A DNA stretch of 32,450 nucleotides from Candidatus Saccharimonadales bacterium (GTDB lineage: Bacteria; Patescibacteriota; Saccharimonadia; Saccharimonadales; UBA4665), in contig JBDHUK010000001.1 of assembly GCA_039809165.1 (NCBI GenBank), positions 1 to 32,450 on the forward strand, given 5' to 3'. The notes below the pieces were generated by a model. The model worked only from the letters and a program-made list of their open reading frames with translations, was not told the DNA's origin and did no database searches. Both the position numbers and the translations under genes were made by a program. This document shows, piece after piece, positions 16,455 to 24,236 of the stretch; the first letter of the stretch is position 1, and each line of letters starts with the position of its first letter.

Positions 16455-17252
16455 ATGACAAAGCAAACGACAACTTCGCAATCTTCAAACAGTCCCAAAC
16501 ATAAACGCGCTGATCAGTACAATGACCCGACCCATAACTATCTGAAGTATTGGGATGGTCGGGATTATGAGCATGCCGCCGAAGAGATGGCGATAAAGCG
16601 CCTGTTGGATGGCAAAACATTCAATCATGCTGTTGATGTTGGCGGTGGTTACGGCCGGTTGTGTGTGTTGCTCGAAAAATACGCCGACAAGGTAACCCTC
16701 GCCGAACCGAGCCAGCAGCAGCTCGATATCGCAGCCGAGTTCCTCAAAGATCATCCGGCAGTTGATCGTATGCTGCTCCAGGCAGAAGATTTGAAATTTG
16801 CGGATGGTTCGATTGATCTTTTGACGATGATTAGGGTTATGCATCATTTGCCAGAGCCCGGAGAAGTCTTTGACGAGATAGCTCGCGTATTGTCGTCCGA
16901 TGGCTACGTAGTGCTCGAAGTTGCAAACTATACCCATGCACGCAATCGGGTCAAACACCTCATTAGGCGTCAGAAGATGCCTACCAAGCCCGTCGATATC
17001 CGGTCAGCCAAACACCGGAACGATGCTGAAATCGCTTTCGTGAATCATAATCCGCGTACTGTTGTTAAACAGCTGGCGCACGCCGGTCTCAAGGTGGACC
17101 GCATTTTGTCGGTATCCAATCTGCGCAGTCCAAGTCTCAAAAAAGTCGTGCCGAGGCGCGCAATGTTGGCTATCGAAGGCATTTTACAGCCCACACTGGC
17201 ACGCAGCTACTTTGGCCCAAGTGTATTCTTCTTGGTTCGTAAGGCAAAGTAG
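16455..17252 (+). CDS. Class I SAM-dependent methyltransferase (substrate unknown)
   Basis: SAM-binding motif I VDVGGGYGRL, plus acidic loop and post-I features (LAEPS, IDLLTMIRVMHHL). Confidence 0.75.
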   Translation: MTKQTTTSQSSNSPKHKRADQYNDPTHNYLKYWDGRDYEHAAEEMAIKRLLDGKTFNHAVDVGGGYGRLCVLLEKYADKVTLAEPSQQQLDIAAEFLKDHPAVDRMLLQAEDLKFADGSIDLLTMIRVMHHLPEPGEVFDEIARVLSSDGYVVLEVANYTHARNRVKHLIRRQKMPTKPVDIRSAKHRNDAEIAFVNHNPRTVVKQLAHAGLKVDRILSVSNLRSPSLKKVVPRRAMLAIEGILQPTLARSYFGPSVFFLVRKAK

Positions 17253-17281
17253 TGACATTTTTGAGCTAAACTAGTAGTTAC

Positions 17282-19357
17282 ATGGTACTATCAGGGAAAC
17301 TGAGCGAGCTAAAGGGTATCGGCCCAGCTGCGGTTCGTAAATTTGCTATCCTCGGTATCCAGGCCCTCAGTGATCTTATTGAGTTCTATCCACGACGGTA
17401 TGATGACTATTCAAATCTAGCCAGGATTGATGCGCTACAACCGGGTCTCGTAACGGTCAAAGCTACCATTCAACAAGCCAAGGGCTCGTATGTGCGGCGT
17501 GGTATGCACATTACCGAAGCGGTGGCTTCGGATGGTACGGATAGTGTCCGGCTTGTTTGGTTTAATCAGCCATACCGTGCCGCCGCCATCAAGCCGGCGC
17601 AAGCGTACTATATATCCGGCAATTTCGAGCTGAGTAACAGGCGGCTGAGTATTCTGAATCCAGCGATTGAGCTGGTGAGCGATTTTCCGGTAAACACCGC
17701 ACGGATCGTTCCGGTGTACCGTGAGACAAAGGGTCTTGGCTCACGACAGATTCGGACGGCGGTTGAGCAAGCGCTGCCTCTTATTCGTAGCTTGCCGGAA
17801 ACATTACCCTCATGGTTAGTGGCTAAACACAAGCTTGTGAGTCGCGCTGAAGCGGTGGAGATGATGCACTTTCCGCATGATGTCGCGGCGCTGGAGGCGG
17901 CGCATGCCCGGCTAGGATTCGAGGAGGTGTTTGGGCTTACGTTGGCAGCACTGCGTACTAAATATCAGCTGGCGACCGAGCACGCGCCGCCAGTGCCATT
18001 CCAAGAGCAGGTTGCCCGGGATTTTGTGCGGCATTTGCCGTTCAAACTGACGGATGCGCAGCGCATGACGGTATGGCAGATTTTTCAGGATATGGGTCGG
18101 GATTTGCCCATGAACCGCCTGGTTGAGGGTGATGTCGGTTCGGGTAAGACTGTCGTTGCCGCCATGGCAGCAGCGATGGTACTGCATCATGGACATCAAG
18201 TGGCGCTGATGGCCCCGACTGAGTTGCTGGCTCGTCAGCACGCCGACACCATGCAGAGGCTGCTAGCCCCCTTGGGATACGGCGAATCAGTCGGGCTGCT
18301 GGTGGGCGGCATGACGGCCGCCCAAAAGCAAACCGTCCGGACGCATGCCGCGTCCGGAGACATCGCATGTATTATTGGCACTCACGCGCTCATCCAGGAT
18401 AGCGTTGATATGTCGCGCCTTGAGTTGGTCGTCATCGACGAGCAGCATCGGTTTGGCGTGTGGCAGCGTGCGGCTCTTCAGGTTAAAGCTGGTCATATGC
18501 CGCATGTCCTGAGTCTGACGGCGACACCAATTCCGCGGTCGCTGGCATTGACGCTATATGGTGAGTTGGATATCTCTATCCTTGCCGGCAAGCCGGCCGG
18601 CCGCAGCGAAATAATGACCGAGATCGTTTCTCCTAACTCGCGTGCCCAGTTGTACGCTCAAATTGACACCGAGCTGGCGGCCGGCCGGCAAATGTTCGTG
18701 GTGTGTCCACTGATAACCGAATCCTCAAACGAGGTCGTTGGCGGAACTGACAACTCTGGTGGTGTTAAAAAGTCACCGGCCTCTGCTGAAGAGGTGTACG
18801 AGGCGCTCGGCAAGAAGGACTTCAGGCACCGCCGGGTCGGTCTGCTGCACGGCAAAATGAAACCAGCCGACAAAAATCAGATTATGCAACAATTCGTAGC
18901 TCACGAAATTGATATTTTAGTATCGACGACGGTGATTGAGGTAGGCGTGGATGTTCCTAATGCATCGATAATGCTTATCGAGGGCGCGGAGCGGTTTGGG
19001 CTGGCTCAGATTCATCAATTACGGGGTCGAGTTGGACGCGGACAGCACCAAGGCTATTGTTACCTGATGACGACTGATTCGAGCACGCCGAGCCGGCGGC
19101 TTCGGGCTCTCGAAAGCTCGACGGACGGATTCAAACTTGCGGAGCTGGATCTGGAACTTCGAGGACCGGGTGCTATTTATGGTACGATGCAGCACGGCGC
19201 GCTCGATCTGAGGATTGCCTCGTTGACGGATACGAAATTGATTGCGGCCGCACGGCAATCGGCCCAGGAGTTTATTGATCGGGGTGAAGATTTGTTACAA
19301 TATGACTATCTAAAAAGGCAAATCGATCGCTTTAGTGCCGTCACCAACCTTAATTAA
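17282..19357 (+). CDS. recG: ATP-dependent DNA helicase RecG
   Basis: N-terminal wedge/OB region and the helicase motifs GDVGSGKT, DEQHRFGV, TATPIPRS and HQLRGRVGRG. Confidence 0.9.
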   Translation: MVLSGKLSELKGIGPAAVRKFAILGIQALSDLIEFYPRRYDDYSNLARIDALQPGLVTVKATIQQAKGSYVRRGMHITEAVASDGTDSVRLVWFNQPYRAAAIKPAQAYYISGNFELSNRRLSILNPAIELVSDFPVNTARIVPVYRETKGLGSRQIRTAVEQALPLIRSLPETLPSWLVAKHKLVSRAEAVEMMHFPHDVAALEAAHARLGFEEVFGLTLAALRTKYQLATEHAPPVPFQEQVARDFVRHLPFKLTDAQRMTVWQIFQDMGRDLPMNRLVEGDVGSGKTVVAAMAAAMVLHHGHQVALMAPTELLARQHADTMQRLLAPLGYGESVGLLVGGMTAAQKQTVRTHAASGDIACIIGTHALIQDSVDMSRLELVVIDEQHRFGVWQRAALQVKAGHMPHVLSLTATPIPRSLALTLYGELDISILAGKPAGRSEIMTEIVSPNSRAQLYAQIDTELAAGRQMFVVCPLITESSNEVVGGTDNSGGVKKSPASAEEVYEALGKKDFRHRRVGLLHGKMKPADKNQIMQQFVAHEIDILVSTTVIEVGVDVPNASIMLIEGAERFGLAQIHQLRGRVGRGQHQGYCYLMTTDSSTPSRRLRALESSTDGFKLAELDLELRGPGAIYGTMQHGALDLRIASLTDTKLIAAARQSAQEFIDRGEDLLQYDYLKRQIDRFSAVTNLN

Positions 19358-19359
19358 TC

Positions 19360-20160
19360 ATGTATTCAGTATTTTTTCATGCTCATCAGAAGCTTGACCG
19401 CGTGGCTTTTCGTCATCTGCACCGGCTGATTGAAGACGATGTATTTTTCCCTAGTCTCAGGCGTATTTTGTATTTTGAAGGACAGCGCGGTCCGGACTCG
19501 ACAAACCTCAAGAACAATATCAATGTCGAGCAGCCGTGGCATTTTATCGATCCGTTCGACGCTGAAGATACCGGTTTGTTCAAAATCATTGATGGTCATT
19601 ATGGCAGGTTGGTGGAAGCCCTGATGGCTGAAGATAAGATGGAGGCGGCCTACGAAGCTTCGTGGCTGGCCCACGCGCTGGTAGATGGCCTGACGCCGGC
19701 TCACCATTACCCGTACGAGCAAGAGATGCAGGAACTGCGTGGTGGTGTGTCCAGGCATGAACGCAAGGGGCTTATTGGCTGGATGTACGTCCATGGCGAC
19801 AATCGCCGCGATTCACTGAAGCGAAGTTTGCAACTGATTGGCCCCAAGGGACTACTCACGACTCACACGCTGTTCGAGGGTGGGGCATTTAGCCTGATTG
19901 CGCCGCTGCGCCTGAATGATGCTTTGCCGTCTCGTGATGAATTGATTGCGGTGCGCGAGCTTGGGCTCAACCAGATATTTCTGCGCTATGCCCGGGAAGT
20001 GGCCAGTCACGATTTGTACCGCCGATTTTACGAAAAAGGCTGGACTCCGCGCTTGGCGCGCGATGTGCGTACTGAGATGGCGCCCCGGATGGTGATGATC
20101 GTAACCCTGGCTTGGTACTCGGCGCTGTGTGATGCTCATTTGATCGCGGAGCCGGTGTAA
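19360..20160 (+). CDS. Zinc-dependent phospholipase C / P1-nuclease-like fold protein (putative)
   Basis: The motif order mirrors the zinc ligands of clostridial alpha-toxin-type PLC: N-terminal FFHAH; WHFIDPFD (compare HFWDPD); AHALVDGLTPAHH (compare HYFGDIDTPYH, same H-x3-D-x5-H spacing); HTLFE (compare HVKFE). There is no signal peptide. The gene starts 2 nt after the recG stop. Confidence 0.5.
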   Translation: MYSVFFHAHQKLDRVAFRHLHRLIEDDVFFPSLRRILYFEGQRGPDSTNLKNNINVEQPWHFIDPFDAEDTGLFKIIDGHYGRLVEALMAEDKMEAAYEASWLAHALVDGLTPAHHYPYEQEMQELRGGVSRHERKGLIGWMYVHGDNRRDSLKRSLQLIGPKGLLTTHTLFEGGAFSLIAPLRLNDALPSRDELIAVRELGLNQIFLRYAREVASHDLYRRFYEKGWTPRLARDVRTEMAPRMVMIVTLAWYSALCDAHLIAEPV

Positions 20161-20186
20161 CGCATGCCCGACGAACGAGGTTCGTC

Positions 20187-20726
20187 ATGCGCGTGATAGC
20201 CGGCTTGCTTGGTGGGCGTAGCTTTGATTCCCCGAAGGGGCACCGAACTCATCCGATGAGCGACAAGATCAGAGGTGCGATTTTTAATATGCTTGGCGAC
20301 CTGGATGGGCTGCGGCTCCTGGACGCATATGCGGGCAGTGGGGCACTCGCGATCGAAGCGGTCAGCAGAGGCGCGCTGTATGTGGTCGCCGTCGACAGCG
20401 ATAAGACGGCGTATCGGACAATCCTACGTAACGTCCAGGCGCTCGGTATCGGGGCGCGTGTACATGCGATGCGGCAGAATGTCGCTACCTGGTCCCACGA
20501 GCATGAGCACGAATTATTTGACATTGTGATAGCTGATCCGCCGTATGATGACGTCAGGCTGGCGTATATCGAACTGCTGACGAATCATGTGAAACCACGG
20601 GGTTTGCTGGTGTTGTCGTGGCCCGGAGGTATTATGCCCCCTGATGCTGGGGCCTGGGGCTTTGAACAGGTTGTTCATAAAACGTATGGTGACGCACAGC
20701 TGGTAATTTACGAGCGCAGCTTATAG
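20187..20726 (+). CDS. rsmD: 16S rRNA (guanine-N2)-methyltransferase RsmD family
   Basis: IRGAIFNMLG, the SAM motif DAYAGSGALAIEAVSRGA, and the catalytic DPPY (IADPPYDD). Confidence 0.8.
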   Translation: MRVIAGLLGGRSFDSPKGHRTHPMSDKIRGAIFNMLGDLDGLRLLDAYAGSGALAIEAVSRGALYVVAVDSDKTAYRTILRNVQALGIGARVHAMRQNVATWSHEHEHELFDIVIADPPYDDVRLAYIELLTNHVKPRGLLVLSWPGGIMPPDAGAWGFEQVVHKTYGDAQLVIYERSL

Positions 20727-20763
20727 AATTCTTTACTGGAGCCCCTGATTGGCATGGGCCGGA

Positions 20764-21471
20764 CTAGGTGGTAGGTTTCCTCGGTTCCGTGGTTTTGAGC
20801 GTTCTGATTTCCTCGTAACGAAGCGCTGGTACGAATATGAAGATCAGGCCTACTGCAAGTCCTAGAATATAACCGATGGCCGGAATCGAGCTTACGAAGC
20901 TGCTTGCCATACTGAAACCAATCAATAGCCCGATGACGCCCCAGATGTACCCGGCATTAGGCAGGGAATCGGCGCGGCTTTTTTTGAGGGCCTGAATGGG
21001 ACCGAGTTTTTGGTCGACCACATAATATTGAGCCAAGAAAAAGCTGCGTAGCAAAAAGAGGCCGGGCACGATAAACAAGACGAAGCCGCCGATGATAGCG
21101 AACTCCATAATGATGATCATGACGATGAGCGGCAGAAGGCGCTTAATGCCTATCTTGAAGCAATCAAGAGCCTCCGGCGATTTGCCGCGGATGGCCTGAA
21201 GCTGCATAACCAGCGCAGCCGGGGTGGTGAGTAGCGATAAGATTGCACCCACAAGTATAACCACGAGCCCGACGCTGGCTTGCTGATCCCAGATTATGGT
21301 ACTGTTTGGCTGCACGATATGGCGCATGAGCGTGCTGCCGACCCCTACGATCAGGCCTGGGAGGAAAATGAGATAAAAAGCAGGCCAGATATTCTGACGG
21401 AGTAGCGCGAAGCTCTTGCCGACGAGGTCGAATGAGGGCGTCAGTGGATAGTCGGTGCGAAAAAGTTTCAT
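20764..21471 (-). CDS. Hypothetical polytopic membrane protein
   Basis: 235-aa ORF with about 6 hydrophobic helices. I recognise no catalytic motif. Confidence 0.65.
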   Translation of the reverse strand: MKLFRTDYPLTPSFDLVGKSFALLRQNIWPAFYLIFLPGLIVGVGSTLMRHIVQPNSTIIWDQQASVGLVVILVGAILSLLTTPAALVMQLQAIRGKSPEALDCFKIGIKRLLPLIVMIIIMEFAIIGGFVLFIVPGLFLLRSFFLAQYYVVDQKLGPIQALKKSRADSLPNAGYIWGVIGLLIGFSMASSFVSSIPAIGYILGLAVGLIFIFVPALRYEEIRTLKTTEPRKPTT

Positions 21472-21500
21472 ATTTTAATAGTCGCTGGTGGAGTGGTGGT

Positions 21501-21529
21501 TTGTCAACAGTGAGCTGTATTTGTATAAT
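21501..21529 (+). promoter_or_regulatory. Promoter for tRNA-Leu (TTGTCA-17-TATAAT)
   Basis: TTGTCA (21501-21506), a 17-nt spacer, and TATAAT (21524-21529). The tRNA 5' end lies 22 nt downstream. Confidence 0.6.
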
Positions 21530-21551
21530 AGAGCAAGTATCCGACAGATAT

Positions 21552-21636
21552 GGGGATGTGGTGAAATTGGTATACACGCATGCCTTAGGAGCATGTGCCG
21601 TAAGGCGTGAAGGTTCAAGTCCTTTCATCCCCACCA
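21552..21636 (+). tRNA. tRNA-Leu, anticodon UAG, class II (long variable arm), CCA encoded
   Basis: Hand-folded cloverleaf. Acceptor GGGGATG/CATCCCC; 3-bp D stem; anticodon stem CATGC/GCATG with loop CTTAGGA (TAG at 21586-21588); variable arm GCC-GTAA-GGC; T arm GAAGG-TTCAAGT-CCTTT; then ACCA. Confidence 0.9.
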
Positions 21637-21733
21637 CATTGTAACTTTGAGGTTGCGAAGCAACCAGTTGAGTAGCTAGTTCTGGCTCAGCTACGGCTCT
21701 GGTTGGGTATGTTGTAGCTTTGCGACAATCCGG

Positions 21734-22372
21734 CTAATTGTTAAGAGATATTATAGAGCCATTTGGGTTTGGTACTGGAGCAATAGGCTGGTCGACCGTA
21801 CGGCAAGTTTCTGAAAACTCCTTGTAAACTTTTCCACCACCAGGGGTGTTGCAAACAAATGAATATTGGGTACCAATTTGTTCCCATGTGCCACTCGGAG
21901 TTACTGCCCATATTGCCGAGGAGCCAGTACCTGGACAATTCTCCGTTGGTACTTGCACGCCGCCATTCTCGACTCCACCATAAACGTTTACTACGCTGAG
22001 CTTGCTAACGCTATAGATATTAATACAGCCGTACTTATCCGGCTTATTATTCTTGAGCGTATCAAGCATATACGTCCGAAAACTCTCTGGCACATAACTA
22101 GGCAATTTACTTATGTCTGCTTCTGTTTGAAGTTTTATATCTACTTCATGAATAGCAGTGTCAATTTGCTTCGGTGTTTCGTTGGTACTTTGAGTAGATT
22201 TTTGTTCCGTATTTTTTTGAGTCGTTTGTTGTGTGTTAGTCGTCTTACTAGCACCACCATCTTTGGCCTTTTGTCTATCAATGAAGAGCCAACCAACAAC
22301 AACTATCAAACCGATAACAATCACTATTAACAGTATCTCCAGTACCCCAAATCCTTTTTCGTTTTTTCTCAT
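21734..22372 (-). CDS. Type IV pilin-like (prepilin-type N-terminus) protein
   Basis: The N-terminus MRKNEKG/FGVLEILLIVIVIGLIVVVGW fits a class III signal: Gly at -1, Phe at +1, Glu at +5, then a hydrophobic helix. It is followed by a T/Q/K-rich linker and a 4-Cys globular domain. Confidence 0.65.
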   Translation of the reverse strand: MRKNEKGFGVLEILLIVIVIGLIVVVGWLFIDRQKAKDGGASKTTNTQQTTQKNTEQKSTQSTNETPKQIDTAIHEVDIKLQTEADISKLPSYVPESFRTYMLDTLKNNKPDKYGCINIYSVSKLSVVNVYGGVENGGVQVPTENCPGTGSSAIWAVTPSGTWEQIGTQYSFVCNTPGGGKVYKEFSETCRTVDQPIAPVPNPNGSIISLNN

Positions 22373-22554
22373 TATTGCGCACCCTTTCTTTTACGGTTGA
22401 TGTTAATACTTAAGCTTATTGTACGACAGTGGTAAGTTTTACGAACCAAAAAGCCCGGCCTGCGCTGCTAGGGAGCTTGCAGCTTAGCATTTTTCTTGGA
22501 AGTAGGTTCGAGCCTCGTTGTAGATAGACACCACAGAGTTGCTATTGACGTGTG

Positions 22555-22563
22555 TGATATAAT
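22555..22563 (+). promoter_or_regulatory. Extended -10 promoter (TGaTATAAT) of the hisS leader
   Basis: TGATATAAT is followed by 6 nt and then the ATG at 22570, the same geometry as tyrS. Confidence 0.5.
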
Positions 22564-22569
22564 GTAGTT

Positions 22570-22623
22570 ATGTCTAGAGTACGAAAGCATCATTTGCATA
22601 TTCGGCCGGAGCTTGTCGGTTAG
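22570..22623 (+). CDS. Candidate leaderless 17-codon leader peptide MSRVRKHHLHIRPELVG
   Basis: ATG lies 6 nt after the -10 box. Three CAT His codons fall within four codons (22588-22599). The last five sense codons form the 5' arm of the downstream terminator. Translation is unproven. Confidence 0.3.
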   Translation: MSRVRKHHLHIRPELVG

Positions 22624-22676
22624 TTTGATGTGCTTTTGCCTCAACGAACGCCGGACAAGCTCCGGCGTTTTGTTTT
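22605..22676 (+). terminator. Terminator/attenuator hairpin in the hisS leader
   Basis: GCCGGAGCTTGTC (22605-22617) pairs perfectly over 13 bp with GACAAGCTCCGGC (22654-22666) around a 36-nt loop. GTTTTGTTTT (22667-22676) follows. The hisS ATG lies 145 nt further downstream. Confidence 0.6.
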
Positions 22677-22821
22677 ACTTAAATAATGCACGCAAAATCT
22701 TACCAATTCCGATAAGGAGCATCATCCGCAATTTGGGCTGGATGCCGCTCTGGGGATCAATTCGTTCCCGGATCTAGCCAAAGCTGTTAAAATAACTGTA
22801 AGAAATTAGGAACTCTGCACT

Positions 22822-24147
22822 ATGGCACTCTCCACGCAACCCTACAAAGGCGCTCGTGACTTCTATCCAGAAGACAAGCGCAAACAAAAGTATATGTTTA
22901 ATGTTATCCGTCGTACAGTTGAAAAGTTCGGCTATGAAGAATACGATGCGCCAGTGCTGGAACCGCTGGAACTGTACCTGGCCAAAACCGGCGAAGAAAT
23001 CGTCAACGAGCAGACCTACGCCTTTACCGACCAGGGCGGTCGCCAAGTGGCGATCCGCCCCGAAATGACGCCGACGGTCAGCCGGATGGTGGCCGCCCGG
23101 CGCCAGGAGCTGGCGTATCCGCTCCGCTGGTACAGTATACCCAACCTCTGGCGCTACGAGCGCCCACAGCGCGGCCGGCTGCGCGAGCATTGGCAGCTGA
23201 ACGTTGATGTCTTTGGGGTACCCGGCATCGAGGCGGAGTACGAGATCATCCAGGTGGCTGACGGTATATTGCAGGCCTTTAAGGCTCGGCGCAGCATGTA
23301 TGTCATTAAACTGGGCAGCCGTACGCTCAGTGATTATATGCTTCGCGACCACCTTGGATTGGACGAAGTGCAGGCGTACAGCATGAGCAAGCTTATCGAC
23401 CGGATGCACAAAATAGAGCATGCTGAGTTTTTGAGCCGAGCTGACGCGCTTTGTTCGCAGAGCCAGCGCGAGCAAGGAGTGGTGGGACGCCTGCTAGCGA
23501 TTCTGAAAACTGAGAATTTTGAGTCATTACCTCCGGAGTTGCAAAATCATCCATCTGTCGGGGCGCTTAAATACACGATGCATCTGCTTGCCGAGGCTGG
23601 TATTACCAATGTGGTGTTTGACCCTACTCTGATGCGCGGCTTTGATTACTACACGGACATTATTTTTGAGATTTTTGACACCCACTCTGAAAACAATCGT
23701 TCAATGCTTGGCGGTGGCCGGTACGATGGACTGGTCGGACTGTTTGGCGTGGAACCGGTGCCGACGGTTGGATTCGGGTTCGGTGATGTAACGCTCGCCA
23801 ATTTTCTTGAACTGCATAATCTATGGCCATCGGTACGCACCGAGACTGATGCGTATGTAGTCCTGATTGGTGATGTATTTACAAAAGCCCAGAAACCACT
23901 GGCCGAGTTCAGGGCGGCCGGGCTGAACCTGGCGCTGGACGTTACTGGCCGCAAGATTGGCACGCAGTTCCAGACGGCCGAAAAGAAGGGTATTGGTTAC
24001 GTGTTGATTGTCGGTGGTGACGAAATCGAGAGTGGACAGTTTACTGTCAAGAACCTGAGTACCGGTGTCGAAGAGAAGCACGGTATCCATCGTATTGTGA
24101 GCATCATCAAAGACCATCGCCGCGTCGATCACGACGACATTGAGTAA
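22822..24147 (+). CDS. hisS: Histidine--tRNA ligase
   Basis: KGARDFYP, AIRPEMTPT, RGFDYYTDIIFE (motif 3 region), GGGRYDGL, and a C-terminal anticodon-binding domain. Confidence 0.92.
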   Translation: MALSTQPYKGARDFYPEDKRKQKYMFNVIRRTVEKFGYEEYDAPVLEPLELYLAKTGEEIVNEQTYAFTDQGGRQVAIRPEMTPTVSRMVAARRQELAYPLRWYSIPNLWRYERPQRGRLREHWQLNVDVFGVPGIEAEYEIIQVADGILQAFKARRSMYVIKLGSRTLSDYMLRDHLGLDEVQAYSMSKLIDRMHKIEHAEFLSRADALCSQSQREQGVVGRLLAILKTENFESLPPELQNHPSVGALKYTMHLLAEAGITNVVFDPTLMRGFDYYTDIIFEIFDTHSENNRSMLGGGRYDGLVGLFGVEPVPTVGFGFGDVTLANFLELHNLWPSVRTETDAYVVLIGDVFTKAQKPLAEFRAAGLNLALDVTGRKIGTQFQTAEKKGIGYVLIVGGDEIESGQFTVKNLSTGVEEKHGIHRIVSIIKDHRRVDHDDIE

Positions 24148-24219
24148 GTCTCTTTCGCCGGCAAAGCGTTAACGTATATAAAAACGTAAAACCGGTGAGT
24201 AGTCAAACTAGGTCAAACC

Positions 24220-24228
24220 TGCTACAAT
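24220..24228 (+). promoter_or_regulatory. Extended -10 promoter (TGcTACAAT) for tig
   Basis: TGCTACAAT is followed by 8 nt and then the ATG at 24237, with no SD. Confidence 0.45.
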
Positions 24229-24236
24229 ATCACCTT

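Noticed and set aside
21164-21644. ORFs 21164-21637 (minus) and 21432-21644 (plus)
   Set aside because: They run through the tRNA-Leu gene, its promoter and the membrane-protein gene in a wrong frame. The tRNA cloverleaf explains the sequence.
21651-21665. Hairpin GGTTGC-gaa-GCAACC just after tRNA-Leu as a terminator
   Set aside because: It is a 6-bp stem with a 3-nt loop and no T-run on either strand. That is too weak to call, although it may still mark the tRNA 3' processing region.
22490-22545. tRNA-like fragment (GGTTCGAGCC ... ACACCA) suggesting a tRNA remnant or att site
   Set aside because: The flanking bases do not form a T stem or acceptor stem. It shows no similarity to the 3' end of the nearby tRNA-Leu, and there is no integrase in the window. 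The resemblance is probably fortuitous.
22373-22821. T-box riboswitch upstream of hisS
   Set aside because: I could not find a T-box sequence (AGGGUGGNACCGCG-like) or a Stem I/specifier-loop architecture. The leader is instead explained by a short ORF plus a hairpin terminator. An Rfam scan would settle this.
22774-23475. 233-aa minus-strand ORF
   Set aside because: It is antisense to the 5' third of hisS, whose plus-strand product has clear HisRS motifs. The ORF has no RBS or motif support.
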